This document shows positions 53,383-63,592 of a DNA stretch of 64,000 nt, one piece after another (position 1 is the first letter of the stretch; every line of letters starts with the position of its first letter). Location of the stretch: assembly GCA_017438865.1 (NCBI GenBank), contig JAFRUN010000063.1, positions 85,949 through 149,948 on the forward strand, written 5' to 3'. Source of the stretch: Clostridia bacterium (GTDB lineage: Bacteria > Bacillota > Clostridia > Christensenellales > CAG-138). Below the pieces are notes generated by a model. That model was not told where the DNA came from, did not search any database, and saw only the letters and a program-made list of their open reading frames with translations. The position numbers and the translations under genes are program-made.

Positions 53383-54084
53383 TTACAAAAGGATGTACGC
53401 AAGATGCTGGAGCTGATCCAACACCCAGCCCGAGAGCAATGTGATCGGATGAAATCCGGTCAGCCGGAACACCAGAAGAAGTCCGATCAGGATGAACTGA
53501 CCGTATCTTCTGAGGAACAGAAACACCTTCATCGGCAGACGTTTTGCGAAGATCAGCTCGAAGACATGATATCCGTCCAGCGGATATAACGGCAGCAGGT
53601 TGAAAAAGCACAGCGCAAGATTCAGGCAAATGCCGTATATCAGGATCTGCAGCAGCAGGCCGTTCTCAAGCCACGAATACGTTTTTCCGCCCAGGATCAT
53701 GAGCAGATACAGCCGGTAAAATATCACAAACGCAACGGAAAACACGATCGCAAGCAGCAGGTTCATCGTGACGCCCGCAAGCGATACGATCGCTTCTCCG
53801 CGCTTGTAGTTCCGGTAGTTTCTCGGATTGACGGGAACCGGCTTTGCCCAGCCGAATCCGACGAGAAGGATCATGACGAAACCGATCGGATCGATATGCT
53901 TCAAGGGATTCAGCGTCAGACGTCCGAAGTTTCTTGCCGTGTTGTCGCCGCATTGATACGCGGCGAACGCATGCCCCCATTCATGCAGCGTTAAGCTGAT
54001 GAGCATGACGGGAAGCATGCAGGCAAGCAGTTTCAGAAATTCCATCGGCTCGTGAAGGAGCATATCGAGATTGAGCAGAATCAT
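53383..54084 (-). CDS. Site-2 protease family (M50) membrane metalloprotease
   Basis: HEWGHAFAA zinc motif, second motif NLLPLYPLDG, multiple TM segments. Confidence 0.85.
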   Translation of the reverse strand: MILLNLDMLLHEPMEFLKLLACMLPVMLISLTLHEWGHAFAAYQCGDNTARNFGRLTLNPLKHIDPIGFVMILLVGFGWAKPVPVNPRNYRNYKRGEAIVSLAGVTMNLLLAIVFSVAFVIFYRLYLLMILGGKTYSWLENGLLLQILIYGICLNLALCFFNLLPLYPLDGYHVFELIFAKRLPMKVFLFLRRYGQFILIGLLLVFRLTGFHPITLLSGWVLDQLQHLAYILL

Positions 54085-54139
54085 GGATTTATTATAAACG
54101 AAAACGCGGGGGTTTGCAAGAGCAATTCCCCCCGCTTCT

Positions 54140-55264
54140 TTATCCGTTCAGAAACCGTTCGAACACGCGTTTCAGCACCGCCGAAATGCTGTTCGACCTC
54201 ACCGCCGTTCCGGGATAGAGCGCGGCTTCAAGAAGGACCGTTCCGTCGGCGCCGCAGAACGAAATGCTCCCGACCGCGTGCTCCGGATCGAGCGGCGCGG
54301 TGAGCATCTCCGGAAGGTCGGTCCGCTTCTGCGGCTCTCCGCCGCTCTTTCTGAGGATGAGCGCGCAGGATTCGCGTGCGTACAGATCGACCGATTCGAC
54401 GTCGCCGGCCTCCACCGGATACGCTTCGATCACCGGCTCGCCGGGATCGCAGATCGTGTAATACTTATAGTTCGCAAACGCCTCCTCGAACAGCTTTGCC
54501 GCGGTCTCGAACCGGGTTTTGCTGTTCGCCGCGCCGATCACAGCGCACAGATAGGTCGTTTCGCCGCGTCTGCAGGCGAAGATCCCGCAGTAGCCGTCCG
54601 TCTTGGAACTGCCCGTGAACAGCCCGATGCAGCCCGGCAGCGAAGACAGCAGCTTATTTGCGCTTGCAAGCTCCGTTTTGCGTCCGTCCGCGTGTTCCAG
54701 AACCGCGTATTTCTCCGCGCTGTACTTCAGAAACGTCGGACTGTCAAGCGCCGCCGCGCCGAGCGCGATCAGTTCCTTGCATGAGAACGTCATAAACGTG
54801 CCGAGGCAGCCGGGAAGCTGCTTATTTACGCCTGCGGATTTCATCGTCAGCTCGATGTTGTTCAGAAACACTTCCTCGGAACCGAACGCATGCTCCGCAA
54901 GCGCAAGGATCGCGTCGCCCGCCGAGATCATGACCGCCGCCTGTATCAACTGCTTCGCACCGATCGTTTCGCCTTTTTTGAGATAAGCCGACGGTCCGTC
55001 GATCGACGCGGCGCTGCCGCTGACCTTCACCTCGGCGTTTTCATCGATAAGTCCCTGATCAAACGCCAGACACAGCGTGAGCACGGCGGGCAGCTTGGTG
55101 ACGCCCGCGATGTTCCGCCACTCGTCTGCGTTCTGTTCCGCGATCACGAGGTCGCTGTTTTTCGGCATGATGCAGTAGGATACCTGTTCCGTCTCCGCGG
55201 AAGCGGCAGGCAGGACGGAAAGCAAAAGAAAGACGGTGATGAGAATACAAAAAACTCTGCGCAT
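54140..55264 (-). CDS. PBP5/DacB-like D-alanyl-D-alanine carboxypeptidase homologue with degenerate catalytic motifs
   Basis: Signal peptide. Aligns to DacB, but SxxK reads AGVTK, SxN reads SAG and KTG reads FTG. ATG at 55264 preferred. Confidence 0.7.
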   Translation of the reverse strand: MRRVFCILITVFLLLSVLPAASAETEQVSYCIMPKNSDLVIAEQNADEWRNIAGVTKLPAVLTLCLAFDQGLIDENAEVKVSGSAASIDGPSAYLKKGETIGAKQLIQAAVMISAGDAILALAEHAFGSEEVFLNNIELTMKSAGVNKQLPGCLGTFMTFSCKELIALGAAALDSPTFLKYSAEKYAVLEHADGRKTELASANKLLSSLPGCIGLFTGSSKTDGYCGIFACRRGETTYLCAVIGAANSKTRFETAAKLFEEAFANYKYYTICDPGEPVIEAYPVEAGDVESVDLYARESCALILRKSGGEPQKRTDLPEMLTAPLDPEHAVGSISFCGADGTVLLEAALYPGTAVRSNSISAVLKRVFERFLNG

Positions 55265-55302
55265 GATTTTACCCTCCCCGATCAGCATATGAGGCGGGCA
55301 TA

Positions 55303-55330
55303 CAAAAAAGACGCCGCATCCGGCGTCTTC
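55303..55330 (-). terminator. Rho-independent terminator after the THUMP methyltransferase gene
   Basis: On the minus strand, AAGACGCCG gatg CGGCGTCTT followed by TTTTTTGT. Confidence 0.8.
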
Positions 55331-55333
55331 GGA

Positions 55334-56443
55334 TCATTTGCGTTCGGGGTTGTACTGATACATCGTGCAGACCATGCCGCCGTTGGACAGCTTCCGTCTC
55401 CGGTCCGCCGGTTTCCCGTAAACCGATTCAAAATCGCGGTTCGACGTAATGATATTGATCTGCCAGTCGGGAATGCGCTCAAACACGCGGCGCATATCGC
55501 GGTACAGCGCCTTGACGGAGCTTGCGTCGGAAAGCCGTTCTCCGTAAGGCGGATTGCAGATCAGGACGCCGCTGCGCCATTCGGTTGAAAGCTCCTTCAC
55601 CGGACGAACCCGCCAGTCGAGCATCACGCCCGCTTTTTTGGCGTGCTTCTTGCAGAGATCAATGCAGTGCGGATCGATGTCGCATCCCTGAATGCAAAGC
55701 CGGTCGTTCCTTCTCAAGTCCTGCGCTTCCTCTCTGGCAAGCGAAAACACCTTCGGATCGAGAAACCGCCACGCTTCCGCCGCGAAGTTCCGTTCGAGCG
55801 ACGGCGCGACATTGTTCGCGATCATCGCCGCCTCGATCGGGATCGTGCCGGAACCGCACATCGGATCGATCAAAGGCGTATCGGGAAAGAACCGAGAAAG
55901 CAGGATCAGTCCCGCGCCGAGCGTTTCGGAAAGAGGCGCGGCGACGTTGTAGGTGCGGTATCCGCGGCGCGACAGTCCGGCGCCGCAGCAGTCGAGCGCA
56001 AGCGTGACCTCGTTTTTCAGGATACCGACCTCGACGATGACCTCCTCCGCGGTCTCGGGAACGCTGTTCACACGATAAGCCGCCTTCAGCGATTCCACGA
56101 TCGCTTTTTTGACGATGCTCTGACAGTCGGAAACGGAGAACAGCGCGCTTTTTGCGCTCTTGCCGTTCACATGGATGCGCGTCGTCGGCGAAAGATACCG
56201 GTTCCACGGCAGCGCCTTTGTCTGCTCGAACAGCGAATCGAACGTTTCCGCGCGGAACGTGCCGACGGTCAGAAGGAGCCGTTCCGCAGTACGAAGCCAC
56301 AGAAGCGCTTTTGCCATTTCGGGATAGCCGCCGCGGAATTTCACGCGCGCGTCGAGCGTTTCCGTATCGAGAATGCCGAGCTTGTGCAGTTGGAACGCGA
56401 CGGTCGATTCGAGACCGATCTTTGCGGTTGCGATAAACTCCAT
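55334..56443 (-). CDS. THUMP-domain class I SAM-dependent RNA methyltransferase (RlmL/YpsC-like)
   Basis: N-terminal THUMP region, SAM-binding DPMCGSGT and catalytic NPPYGERL. Confidence 0.85.
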   Translation of the reverse strand: MEFIATAKIGLESTVAFQLHKLGILDTETLDARVKFRGGYPEMAKALLWLRTAERLLLTVGTFRAETFDSLFEQTKALPWNRYLSPTTRIHVNGKSAKSALFSVSDCQSIVKKAIVESLKAAYRVNSVPETAEEVIVEVGILKNEVTLALDCCGAGLSRRGYRTYNVAAPLSETLGAGLILLSRFFPDTPLIDPMCGSGTIPIEAAMIANNVAPSLERNFAAEAWRFLDPKVFSLAREEAQDLRRNDRLCIQGCDIDPHCIDLCKKHAKKAGVMLDWRVRPVKELSTEWRSGVLICNPPYGERLSDASSVKALYRDMRRVFERIPDWQINIITSNRDFESVYGKPADRRRKLSNGGMVCTMYQYNPERK

Positions 56444-56444
56444 C

Positions 56445-58199
56445 TCAGCTCTCCTTTGTTCTCTGCATGGTTGAAAGAATGCGTTTCAGCGCGTTTTCGA
56501 GCCGTCTCGGAGACACGCCGAACACGTCCATCAGCGCGTCCGGCTTGATCGACGTATCGTTCAGCGCGCCGAGTCCCATCAGCACGAACGCGGCCGCCAT
56601 CGCGTCTTCCTGCAGATGCGTGATGTGCGGGAGCTTTCCGCCGCCGAAGCACGCAAGATAGAAGAAAAAGATGCGCATCGAAACATTCGGAAGCTGTTCA
56701 GGGACATTGACGTTCCTGTACCGGAGGTCTTCGTGCAGCATCTGCGCGAACTCCGTGATCATGCTGAGGATCGATTCGTAGCTCACCGGAAGCCGCTGCG
56801 GCACGGCGAGCGGACGAACGACGCCGTACTGCCATTCGCCCTGATAATACAGCGAAAACGGCGGCTTCGCCTCCATTCCGAGCAGAACGCCGAACACGAA
56901 CTGTTTGTCCTCGTCGGATTGATCGAACCGGATCAGAAACGAACGCAGCGCATGCTCCGCTTCGCGGCTGCAGAGAACGGACAGCATCTTTGCCGCCCCT
57001 CGCAAAGACGGCGAAAGCGGACTGACAAGCGCCCATTTCAGGATCGCGCGGAATTCCTTATCGTTCGCCCACGTCTGTCTGATCGCGTCCGTGCCAGCCG
57101 TGGCGACGTCGCGGATGCGGCGCTGACGCACGACGGCTTCCCGGATCGGCACGTCGTAATTGATCGACCAGCTTCGCTTGAAATCGGATTCGGAATCCTC
57201 GCGGATGTGTTTTTTGTAGTACGCAGCAACGGAATCCTCTTCGTTGCGCAAAACGAGATCGTCGTAGATCTGTTCCGCCTCGCGCTTCCTGCCCTGCACA
57301 TAGTAACAGAATGCAAGCTGGTGCAGCATCTCCGTATCGAACGGCAGCGCGTCGCGCAGCAGCTCGAGCGCGGTCTCGGCGCGTTCGTATTCTCCGATCT
57401 CCATGAGGATCGGCGCGGCGTATCCGAGCTCCTCCGGCGAACAGTCGGCGTCGATCAGGATTTTTTTGCTCTGCTCCTTCGCCTCGCGATCCTGGTTCTG
57501 CACATGATAGATCAGCGTCATCAGCGCGTTCCCGCGGACGCTTTTGCTGTTGCGCTTAAAGAGATTGAACAACCGTTTCTTCGCTTCGTCGTACGCGCGC
57601 AGAGAGAACTGCATCATCGCGATCTCCATGTCGAGCATTTCGCTGTCCGGGTGCTTGTCAGAAAGCGACAGAAGCAGATTCATCCCCGAATCGTTGTTGT
57701 TCGAGATATACATCGCCTTTGCGCGGTGGATCGCGTCCAGAAGCGCGATGTCCTCGCTGCCGGTAAGCCCGATCTGCGCCTCAAGCTCCGGCTCGTCCTC
57801 GATGAGCTCCAGCATATCCAGCGCGCGGTCGGAATACGGACCGTTCGGTTCCCGTTCGAGACAGATGTGCAGGCATTGCGACGCCGCATGGAATTCTTCC
57901 AGCCCGACAAAGACGGACGCGATGCCGAAGATCATCTCGGCGTTGTTCTGGTTTTCACCGTTCAGCGAGCCGAGCAGAACGGACAAGCTCTCCTCGAACC
58001 GGTGCATACGGTGCAGCGTTTCCGCAAACGCGAGGATGTACTCCTCCCGATCCGGCTCCAGAAGGTATGCTTTGCGCAGATACTGTTCGGCCTTCGCTAA
58101 ATCCTCGGGTTCCGCCAGGTATCTGTTGCCGCGCTGATAATAGAATTCGGCGTTCTGCTGAAACGGGACGATGACGCCCGTTTCGCGTTCATGCTTCAT
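56445..58199 (-). CDS. TPR-repeat protein, function unknown
   Basis: 584 aa with several TPR-like repeats in the N-terminal half (YYQRGNRYL...AEQYLRKAYLLEPD etc.). No enzymatic motif. Confidence 0.6.
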   Translation of the reverse strand: MKHERETGVIVPFQQNAEFYYQRGNRYLAEPEDLAKAEQYLRKAYLLEPDREEYILAFAETLHRMHRFEESLSVLLGSLNGENQNNAEMIFGIASVFVGLEEFHAASQCLHICLEREPNGPYSDRALDMLELIEDEPELEAQIGLTGSEDIALLDAIHRAKAMYISNNNDSGMNLLLSLSDKHPDSEMLDMEIAMMQFSLRAYDEAKKRLFNLFKRNSKSVRGNALMTLIYHVQNQDREAKEQSKKILIDADCSPEELGYAAPILMEIGEYERAETALELLRDALPFDTEMLHQLAFCYYVQGRKREAEQIYDDLVLRNEEDSVAAYYKKHIREDSESDFKRSWSINYDVPIREAVVRQRRIRDVATAGTDAIRQTWANDKEFRAILKWALVSPLSPSLRGAAKMLSVLCSREAEHALRSFLIRFDQSDEDKQFVFGVLLGMEAKPPFSLYYQGEWQYGVVRPLAVPQRLPVSYESILSMITEFAQMLHEDLRYRNVNVPEQLPNVSMRIFFFYLACFGGGKLPHITHLQEDAMAAAFVLMGLGALNDTSIKPDALMDVFGVSPRRLENALKRILSTMQRTKES

Positions 58200-59100
58200 G
58201 CGTTCCTCCGTCGTCGGTCGCTTCTGCCAAGAGCGCTTCGAGCGCGCTGCGGTCGAAACGGTAGACTTTTCCGCAGAACTGACAGGTCAGTTCCGCCTTC
58301 CCATCCTGTTCGATCAGTTCGGAAAGCTCCTTCTTCCCGATCGAGATCAGCGCGCGTTCGAGACGTTCCCGCGAACAGTCGCAGGAAAACGCGGGCGTCA
58401 GTTCGTTCGTAAACTCCGCTTCGAGATCCGAAAACAGGTCGGAAAGGATCGACTTTAACCCTTCTCCCTCCGCGATCCGTGTTCCGATCGCCGGGATCCG
58501 GTCCGCGATCTTCATCACGCGTTCGATCGCTTCGTCGGGGCAGTTCGGCATCGTTTGTATGAGCAGTCCGCCTGCGCCGGTCACAAACCCGTCCGCGGCG
58601 TTCTCATGCACGCCGAGGTACACGATCGACGGCTGCTGCTCGCTTGCCGTAAAATACTGCGCGAAATCCTCGGCGATCTCGCCGGAGATCAGGTTGCACA
58701 TACCGACATACGGCTCCTTAAGTCCGAGATCGCGGATCACGGTGAGCTTGCCGGAGGTTCCGACGTAGCCGCGCACGTCCAGCTTTCCGTCCGCACGAAG
58801 CGGAAGCTCCGCGCCGGGATTCGTCGCGTACCCCTTGACGAGTCCCCCGTTTCTGCCGACGCAGACAAGATTGCCGGACGGGCCGTTCCCTGCGAGCACG
58901 GCGGTCACGGTGTCGGTATCGTTCTTGCAGAACGAAGCGACGACGGATGTTATCAGAAGCAGCCGTCCGAGCGCCGCGGTGGCAACGCGGGACAGGCCGT
59001 GCGTCTTCTGCGCTTCGCGCACAAGTTCCGTTCCGTCGATCGCCGCAAAGCGAAGCGCGCGACCGGCGAGCATTCCGTGGATCAATGTATCGCGTTTCAT
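58189..59100 (-). CDS. hslO: Redox-regulated chaperone Hsp33
   Basis: C-terminal zinc centre CDCSRE...CQFCGK. ATG at 59100 with RBS GGGAGA. The upstream 42 codons were rejected. Confidence 0.88.
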   Translation of the reverse strand: MKRDTLIHGMLAGRALRFAAIDGTELVREAQKTHGLSRVATAALGRLLLITSVVASFCKNDTDTVTAVLAGNGPSGNLVCVGRNGGLVKGYATNPGAELPLRADGKLDVRGYVGTSGKLTVIRDLGLKEPYVGMCNLISGEIAEDFAQYFTASEQQPSIVYLGVHENAADGFVTGAGGLLIQTMPNCPDEAIERVMKIADRIPAIGTRIAEGEGLKSILSDLFSDLEAEFTNELTPAFSCDCSRERLERALISIGKKELSELIEQDGKAELTCQFCGKVYRFDRSALEALLAEATDDGGTHEA

Positions 59101-59101
59101 A

Positions 59102-59848
59102 TCAATTCTCCCTGATTGCGGCGAACTGGATCCGTTCGCCGTCGTTTCGTACCGGATCGCGCGTAAAGGCGTCGTATGCCTCGATACGGGCAAATCCGTT
59201 CTGTTCAAGCGCGTGCGCAAGCTCATCGACCGCGTGCGCGCGCTGCAGATGCGTTTCCGTAAACCGGTCGTATTGTTCGCCGCGCTTTACGAAAACCGTC
59301 AGATCCATTTCACAGAGCTTCGTTCTTGCGTCGAAGCGGTTTTTCCAGATGTACGCATATTCGTCCGTCTCCTCGGTAAACGTATTGTTTCCGAGGATTT
59401 TGCGGAACTTATACGGGCTCGAAACGTCGAACAGCAGCATCCCGCCCGGCTTCAGACAGGCGTATGCGCGTCCGAAGAACGAACGCACGTCCTTCAACGA
59501 CGTCAGATAATTCACGCCGTCGCACACACACACGATCGCGTCGACCGGTCTGTGTACGGCAAGTTTTCGCAGATCCTGACAGACGAACACGACGTCCTTT
59601 GCGCCGGAGGCGAAGGCGTTCGATCTCGCTTCCGAAAGCATTTCCGGCGAGACGTCGCTTGCCGTCACGCGATAGCCGAGCCGATGAAGTGGGATCGCGT
59701 TCGCGCCGGTCCCGCACGCGCAGTCCAGAACGTCCCTCGCGCCCGCCTCCTTCAGAAATCCGTCCAGATAGGAGATCCATGCCGCGCGATCGACGTCGTG
59801 CATCATTTTGTCGTATACAGACGCAAACGCGCCGTACTGCCGGTTCAT
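59102..59848 (-). CDS. Class I SAM-dependent methyltransferase
   Basis: Motif I VLDCACGTG followed by acidic DVS. 248 aa. Confidence 0.8.
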   Translation of the reverse strand: MNRQYGAFASVYDKMMHDVDRAAWISYLDGFLKEAGARDVLDCACGTGANAIPLHRLGYRVTASDVSPEMLSEARSNAFASGAKDVVFVCQDLRKLAVHRPVDAIVCVCDGVNYLTSLKDVRSFFGRAYACLKPGGMLLFDVSSPYKFRKILGNNTFTEETDEYAYIWKNRFDARTKLCEMDLTVFVKRGEQYDRFTETHLQRAHAVDELAHALEQNGFARIEAYDAFTRDPVRNDGERIQFAAIREN

Positions 59849-60777
59849 TCGTCCTCCAATCCTTCGGCGATCTTCATCAGCCGGTCGAGCCGGTGATACA
59901 TGCCGGATTTCTGTATCTCCGCAAGGTCGGCAAGCTCCTGCACGCTCGCGTCCGGATGTTCCGCGCGAAGCCGCGCCGCCTGCTGCAAGCTCGCCGGAAG
60001 CGAAGCGAGTCCGATCTGTCTGTCGATCGTCCGGATCGCCGCCTGCTGACGGATCGCCGCATTCACCTGCTTGTCGAGATTTGCCGCCTCGCAGTTTGTC
60101 GTGCGGTTGACATAGTTTCTGACGTCCTTTTCCACGCGCACGTTTTCCAGCGTAAGCGCAGCGGACGACGCGCCGATCAGCGCAAGCATGCCGCTCACGT
60201 CGTCGCCGTCCTTCAGATAGACGATGAACCGGTCGCCGTTCCGCACGGAGATCCTTGCCGGCAGGTAAAACGACTGAACGAGTTCTGCCGCGGTTTCGGC
60301 AACGGATCTTGTTCGGAAGATCATTTCAAGATGATATCCGCGCTTCGGATCGATGCAGCTTCCGCTGCCGAGAAAGCACCCGCGCAAGAAAGCGCGTTTC
60401 GTTTCCTCGTTTTCAAAGACGCACGCGGGGATATCGGTCATCAGACGAAAGCCGTTGTCGGTTCGCACCATTGCGCCGGTCTCGTGCATCATTTTGTCGA
60501 TCTCTTTTCCGGAAAGCGTGACCTCGTAGATCGGCTTTCTGCGGTGCTCGACGATCTTTTCCTCGACAACGGCGTCAAGGTCATAAAGCCCAAGCGCGAT
60601 CGACGCGATATGCTTTGCCGTGCCGGGATTTTCGGTATGATAAAATAGGGACGGCTGCCGCGAAATGCGGATCCCGCCCGCGGTGAACGTCATGCCGGAA
60701 AGCTGCGCGAGGCGCTGTCCGGTGTTTTTGACGCGTATACGGATCAATTCGTCCTTTGAGACGGAAGAAAAACTCAT
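59845..60777 (-). CDS. whiA: DNA-binding protein WhiA
   Basis: Degenerate LAGLIDADG-like region FLRGCFLGSGS and C-terminal HTH. Follows rapZ as usual. Confidence 0.88.
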   Translation of the reverse strand: MSFSSVSKDELIRIRVKNTGQRLAQLSGMTFTAGGIRISRQPSLFYHTENPGTAKHIASIALGLYDLDAVVEEKIVEHRRKPIYEVTLSGKEIDKMMHETGAMVRTDNGFRLMTDIPACVFENEETKRAFLRGCFLGSGSCIDPKRGYHLEMIFRTRSVAETAAELVQSFYLPARISVRNGDRFIVYLKDGDDVSGMLALIGASSAALTLENVRVEKDVRNYVNRTTNCEAANLDKQVNAAIRQQAAIRTIDRQIGLASLPASLQQAARLRAEHPDASVQELADLAEIQKSGMYHRLDRLMKIAEGLEDE

Positions 60778-61667
60778 ATTTCCTTTTTCTTTGCCCGAAG
60801 CTCAATATCCTGAAGCTCGCGGCGCATATCGCGGTGATAGATGCGGACGGCATGTCCGTTCTTCCGGAGCCGGGCAGCCATCTCCTCCGCCGCGGCGACC
60901 GAACGGTGCCTGCCGCCCGTGCAGCCGAAGCAGATCCTGAGGATATGCTTGTCCTGCTTTTCAAACAGCGGCAGCATTTCGGTGACGCTCTGCTCCAGAT
61001 GATCGAGGTATTCTTTCACATACGGCTGACGGAGCACGAAATCGCGTACCGGCTCGTCGAGCCCCGAAAGATACCGCATATCTTCGTAATAGAACGGGTT
61101 CTCCACGAACCGCATATCGACGACCATGTCGGCGTCGACCGGCACGCCGCGCTTATAGCCGAAGCTCGAGAGAACGATCGACATCTGATCGCGGTTCATC
61201 TCGGGGATAAACTTCTCAAGGCACGAGGTCAGCTCCCTTGCGGGGATATCGCTGGTGTCGAGGAAAAAGTCCGCCGCGTTGCGGATGACCGCAAGATAGC
61301 CGCGCTCCGTGCGCACGCCGGATTCCGCTTCGCCGGAAAGTCCCAGCGGATGCTTCTTGCGCGTTTCGTTGTAGCGCAGTTTCAGCACGTCGTCCCGTGC
61401 GTCCAGGAACAGGATCTTGAAGGGCACGTCGAGCCGCTTGATCTCGCTGATCACCATCTCGGGGCTTCTCGAGAGCAAGCTCTCGCGCGAATCGAGCGTG
61501 ACTGCGGCATAGCGGATCGGCGGGTTCGCGTTTTCGCAAAGCGCGGTGAATTCGCGAAGCATCGGCGACGGCAGGTTGTCCACGCAGAAGAATCCCATAT
61601 CCTCAAGCGCTTTCAGCGCAAGCGACTTTCCCGCGCCGCTCATGCCCGTAACGATCAACAGATCCAT
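60774..61667 (-). CDS. rapZ: RNase adapter / nucleotide-binding protein RapZ
   Basis: Walker A VTGMSGAGKS right after the ATG at 61667. C-terminal GCTGGRHRSV. Confidence 0.9.
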   Translation of the reverse strand: MDLLIVTGMSGAGKSLALKALEDMGFFCVDNLPSPMLREFTALCENANPPIRYAAVTLDSRESLLSRSPEMVISEIKRLDVPFKILFLDARDDVLKLRYNETRKKHPLGLSGEAESGVRTERGYLAVIRNAADFFLDTSDIPARELTSCLEKFIPEMNRDQMSIVLSSFGYKRGVPVDADMVVDMRFVENPFYYEDMRYLSGLDEPVRDFVLRQPYVKEYLDHLEQSVTEMLPLFEKQDKHILRICFGCTGGRHRSVAAAEEMAARLRKNGHAVRIYHRDMRRELQDIELRAKKKEI

Positions 61668-61680
61668 ATGCAAACCCCTT

Positions 61681-62571
61681 TCAGATTCGTTTGACTTCGG
61701 GTTCAAGGGTAACGCCGGTTTGTTCCTTCACAACGCGCCGCACATGCTCGATGAGCGCGGAAATGTCCGCTTCGGTCGCGCGGTTTGCATTGACGATGAA
61801 TCCGGCGTGTTTCGGCGACACCTGCGCTCCGCCGATCGAAAAGCCCTTTAAGCCGCACTGTTCGATGAGCGCGCCCGCAAAATAACCCTCGGGACGCTTG
61901 AACGTACTGCCTGCGGACGGCACGTCGAGCGGCTGTTTTTCCTTCCGCTTTTCCATACAGCGCAGCATGGTTTCCGCCGCCGTCCCGTCGTCCTCCTTCA
62001 ATTCGAACGCCGCTTCGAGCGCGATCGCGTCCGGAAACGAGAACACGCTTCTGCGGTAGCCGAGATCGCCGTCCTTGACGTCGATCCATTCGTCCCTTCC
62101 GTCCTTCAGAATGCGGATGCGTTTCAGAATCTGCCTGATCTCGCCGCCGTACGCGCCCGCATTCATGGCGCAGGCGCCGCCGACCGTGCCGGGAATCCCG
62201 CAGAGACATTCCATGCCCGACAGTCCCTTTCTGACCGTCTCGCGCGCAAGCGAGGTCATCGATGTGCCGCAGCAGACGGTCACGGATGTCCCGTGACAGA
62301 CGGGTTCGTGCAGCGGCGTGTCGAAGCGTATGATCCATCCGTCGTAGCCGCGGTCGGACGCAAGCACGTTCGTTCCCCTGCCCAAAAGCGCAAGCGGTAC
62401 GCCGTACTGCTTCGCAAGCGACACGATTTCCGCGATCGCTTCATAGGAGCGCGGATGCAGCACGACGCGCGCCGGTCCGCCGACGCGAAAACTCGTCAGC
62501 TCCGACAGAGGAATATTCCGTTCCGCTCCGAACGATTCCGGAAGCTCCAGATTTCTCCAATTTACATTCAT
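61681..62571 (-). CDS. murB: UDP-N-acetylmuramate dehydrogenase
   Basis: FAD-binding FRVGGPA, GRGTNVL, and catalytic region SAGSTFKRP. Confidence 0.9.
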   Translation of the reverse strand: MNVNWRNLELPESFGAERNIPLSELTSFRVGGPARVVLHPRSYEAIAEIVSLAKQYGVPLALLGRGTNVLASDRGYDGWIIRFDTPLHEPVCHGTSVTVCCGTSMTSLARETVRKGLSGMECLCGIPGTVGGACAMNAGAYGGEIRQILKRIRILKDGRDEWIDVKDGDLGYRRSVFSFPDAIALEAAFELKEDDGTAAETMLRCMEKRKEKQPLDVPSAGSTFKRPEGYFAGALIEQCGLKGFSIGGAQVSPKHAGFIVNANRATEADISALIEHVRRVVKEQTGVTLEPEVKRI

Positions 62572-62609
62572 ACTTGTATTATAACAAAAAACGTTGCGCG
62601 AAACAACAC

Positions 62610-63581
62610 CTATCTTTTACATTCGTTCAAACGGATCCGGAAGCGTTCCTTCGCCTCCGCATCGCCGCCTGCCGCAAGCGCCGCGTCCTCTGTGAGCGCG
62701 TCGTACTGCGCGTTCCAGAGAAACGGATCGACCGTCGATACGGATTCATAGGCACGGAAAACCTGCTTGAGCCCCGCTTCCGGCGGCACGTTTTTTACGT
62801 CGGCGCGCACGGAAAGAAGTCCGAGCGGATTCAGCGTCTGCTGTGATTCCGGTTCCAGAAGAAACGCGATAAAATCGAGGATCACATTCGCCTTTTCATC
62901 GTCCGTTTCCCGATCGATCCCCATCCAGCAGACTGCGTCCGTGAAGCTGTCGACCGGCTCGATTTCCGCAAGCGTAAATCCGTCCTTGTAACGGATCAGA
63001 TCGCCCGCGCGCCGCAGGTCGAGATACAGATCGTCTGCTTTCTCCTCCGGCGCCGGGACGTAATCCGTTTCGCAGCGCGCCGCAAGGACCGGATCGGCAA
63101 AGTACGCCGTTTTGTGCCCGCCGTCCGGTTTTCTGATCAAACGGCAGTACCCGGAGAAACAGTACGGGATGCAGCGCTCGGTCCGGAACACCCCCTCGCG
63201 GTACGGAAAGTCCAACGCCGTGAGCGCCGCAAGCCGGTCGGGATACAGCGTGCCGGAAAAAAAGGAGTACGCGTCCGGACGTCTGCCGCGGTCGAGCCGT
63301 TCGTAAAAGTGCGTCTCGTCCATCCCTTCGATCTCAATAAACGTCCCTTTATGCTTTTTTTCATACGCTTCGGCGCGGGATTTCAGCCATTGCGTTATGC
63401 TTCCGGCATAGGGACGATGCCGGACGATATGACAGATCACGACGGAGCCCCGGTATCCGTCCGTTTTGCGGACGAACCGTGTGTCGACAAATTGTTCCTG
63501 CGCGCCCTTTACGAGCGCCTGCGGCGTAAACAGCAGAAAACAGACCGTTGCCGCGCATAAGATCATCCGAATATATTTCAT
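62610..63581 (-). CDS. Hypothetical secreted protein (weakly solute-binding-protein-like)
   Basis: N-terminal signal/anchor ILCAATVCFLLF. 323 aa with no adjacent transporter genes. No family recognised with confidence. Confidence 0.5.
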   Translation of the reverse strand: MKYIRMILCAATVCFLLFTPQALVKGAQEQFVDTRFVRKTDGYRGSVVICHIVRHRPYAGSITQWLKSRAEAYEKKHKGTFIEIEGMDETHFYERLDRGRRPDAYSFFSGTLYPDRLAALTALDFPYREGVFRTERCIPYCFSGYCRLIRKPDGGHKTAYFADPVLAARCETDYVPAPEEKADDLYLDLRRAGDLIRYKDGFTLAEIEPVDSFTDAVCWMGIDRETDDEKANVILDFIAFLLEPESQQTLNPLGLLSVRADVKNVPPEAGLKQVFRAYESVSTVDPFLWNAQYDALTEDAALAAGGDAEAKERFRIRLNECKR

Positions 63582-63592
63582 GGTTAAAGCTA

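Noticed and set aside
52610-53629. N-terminal extensions of several ORFs: ScpA to 53629, HslO to 59226, DapA to 42168, DnaE to 40392, RapZ to 61706, and the FAD protein to 33779
   Set aside because: In each case the conserved family N-terminus begins at an internal ATG preceded by a good RBS. The extension overlaps the upstream gene or intergenic signals.
56616-58100. 494-aa plus-strand ORF
   Set aside because: It is antisense to the TPR-protein gene. The minus-strand frame fits the flanking operon (overlaps with hslO and the THUMP methyltransferase gene) and has TPR periodicity. The plus frame is Arg-rich noise.
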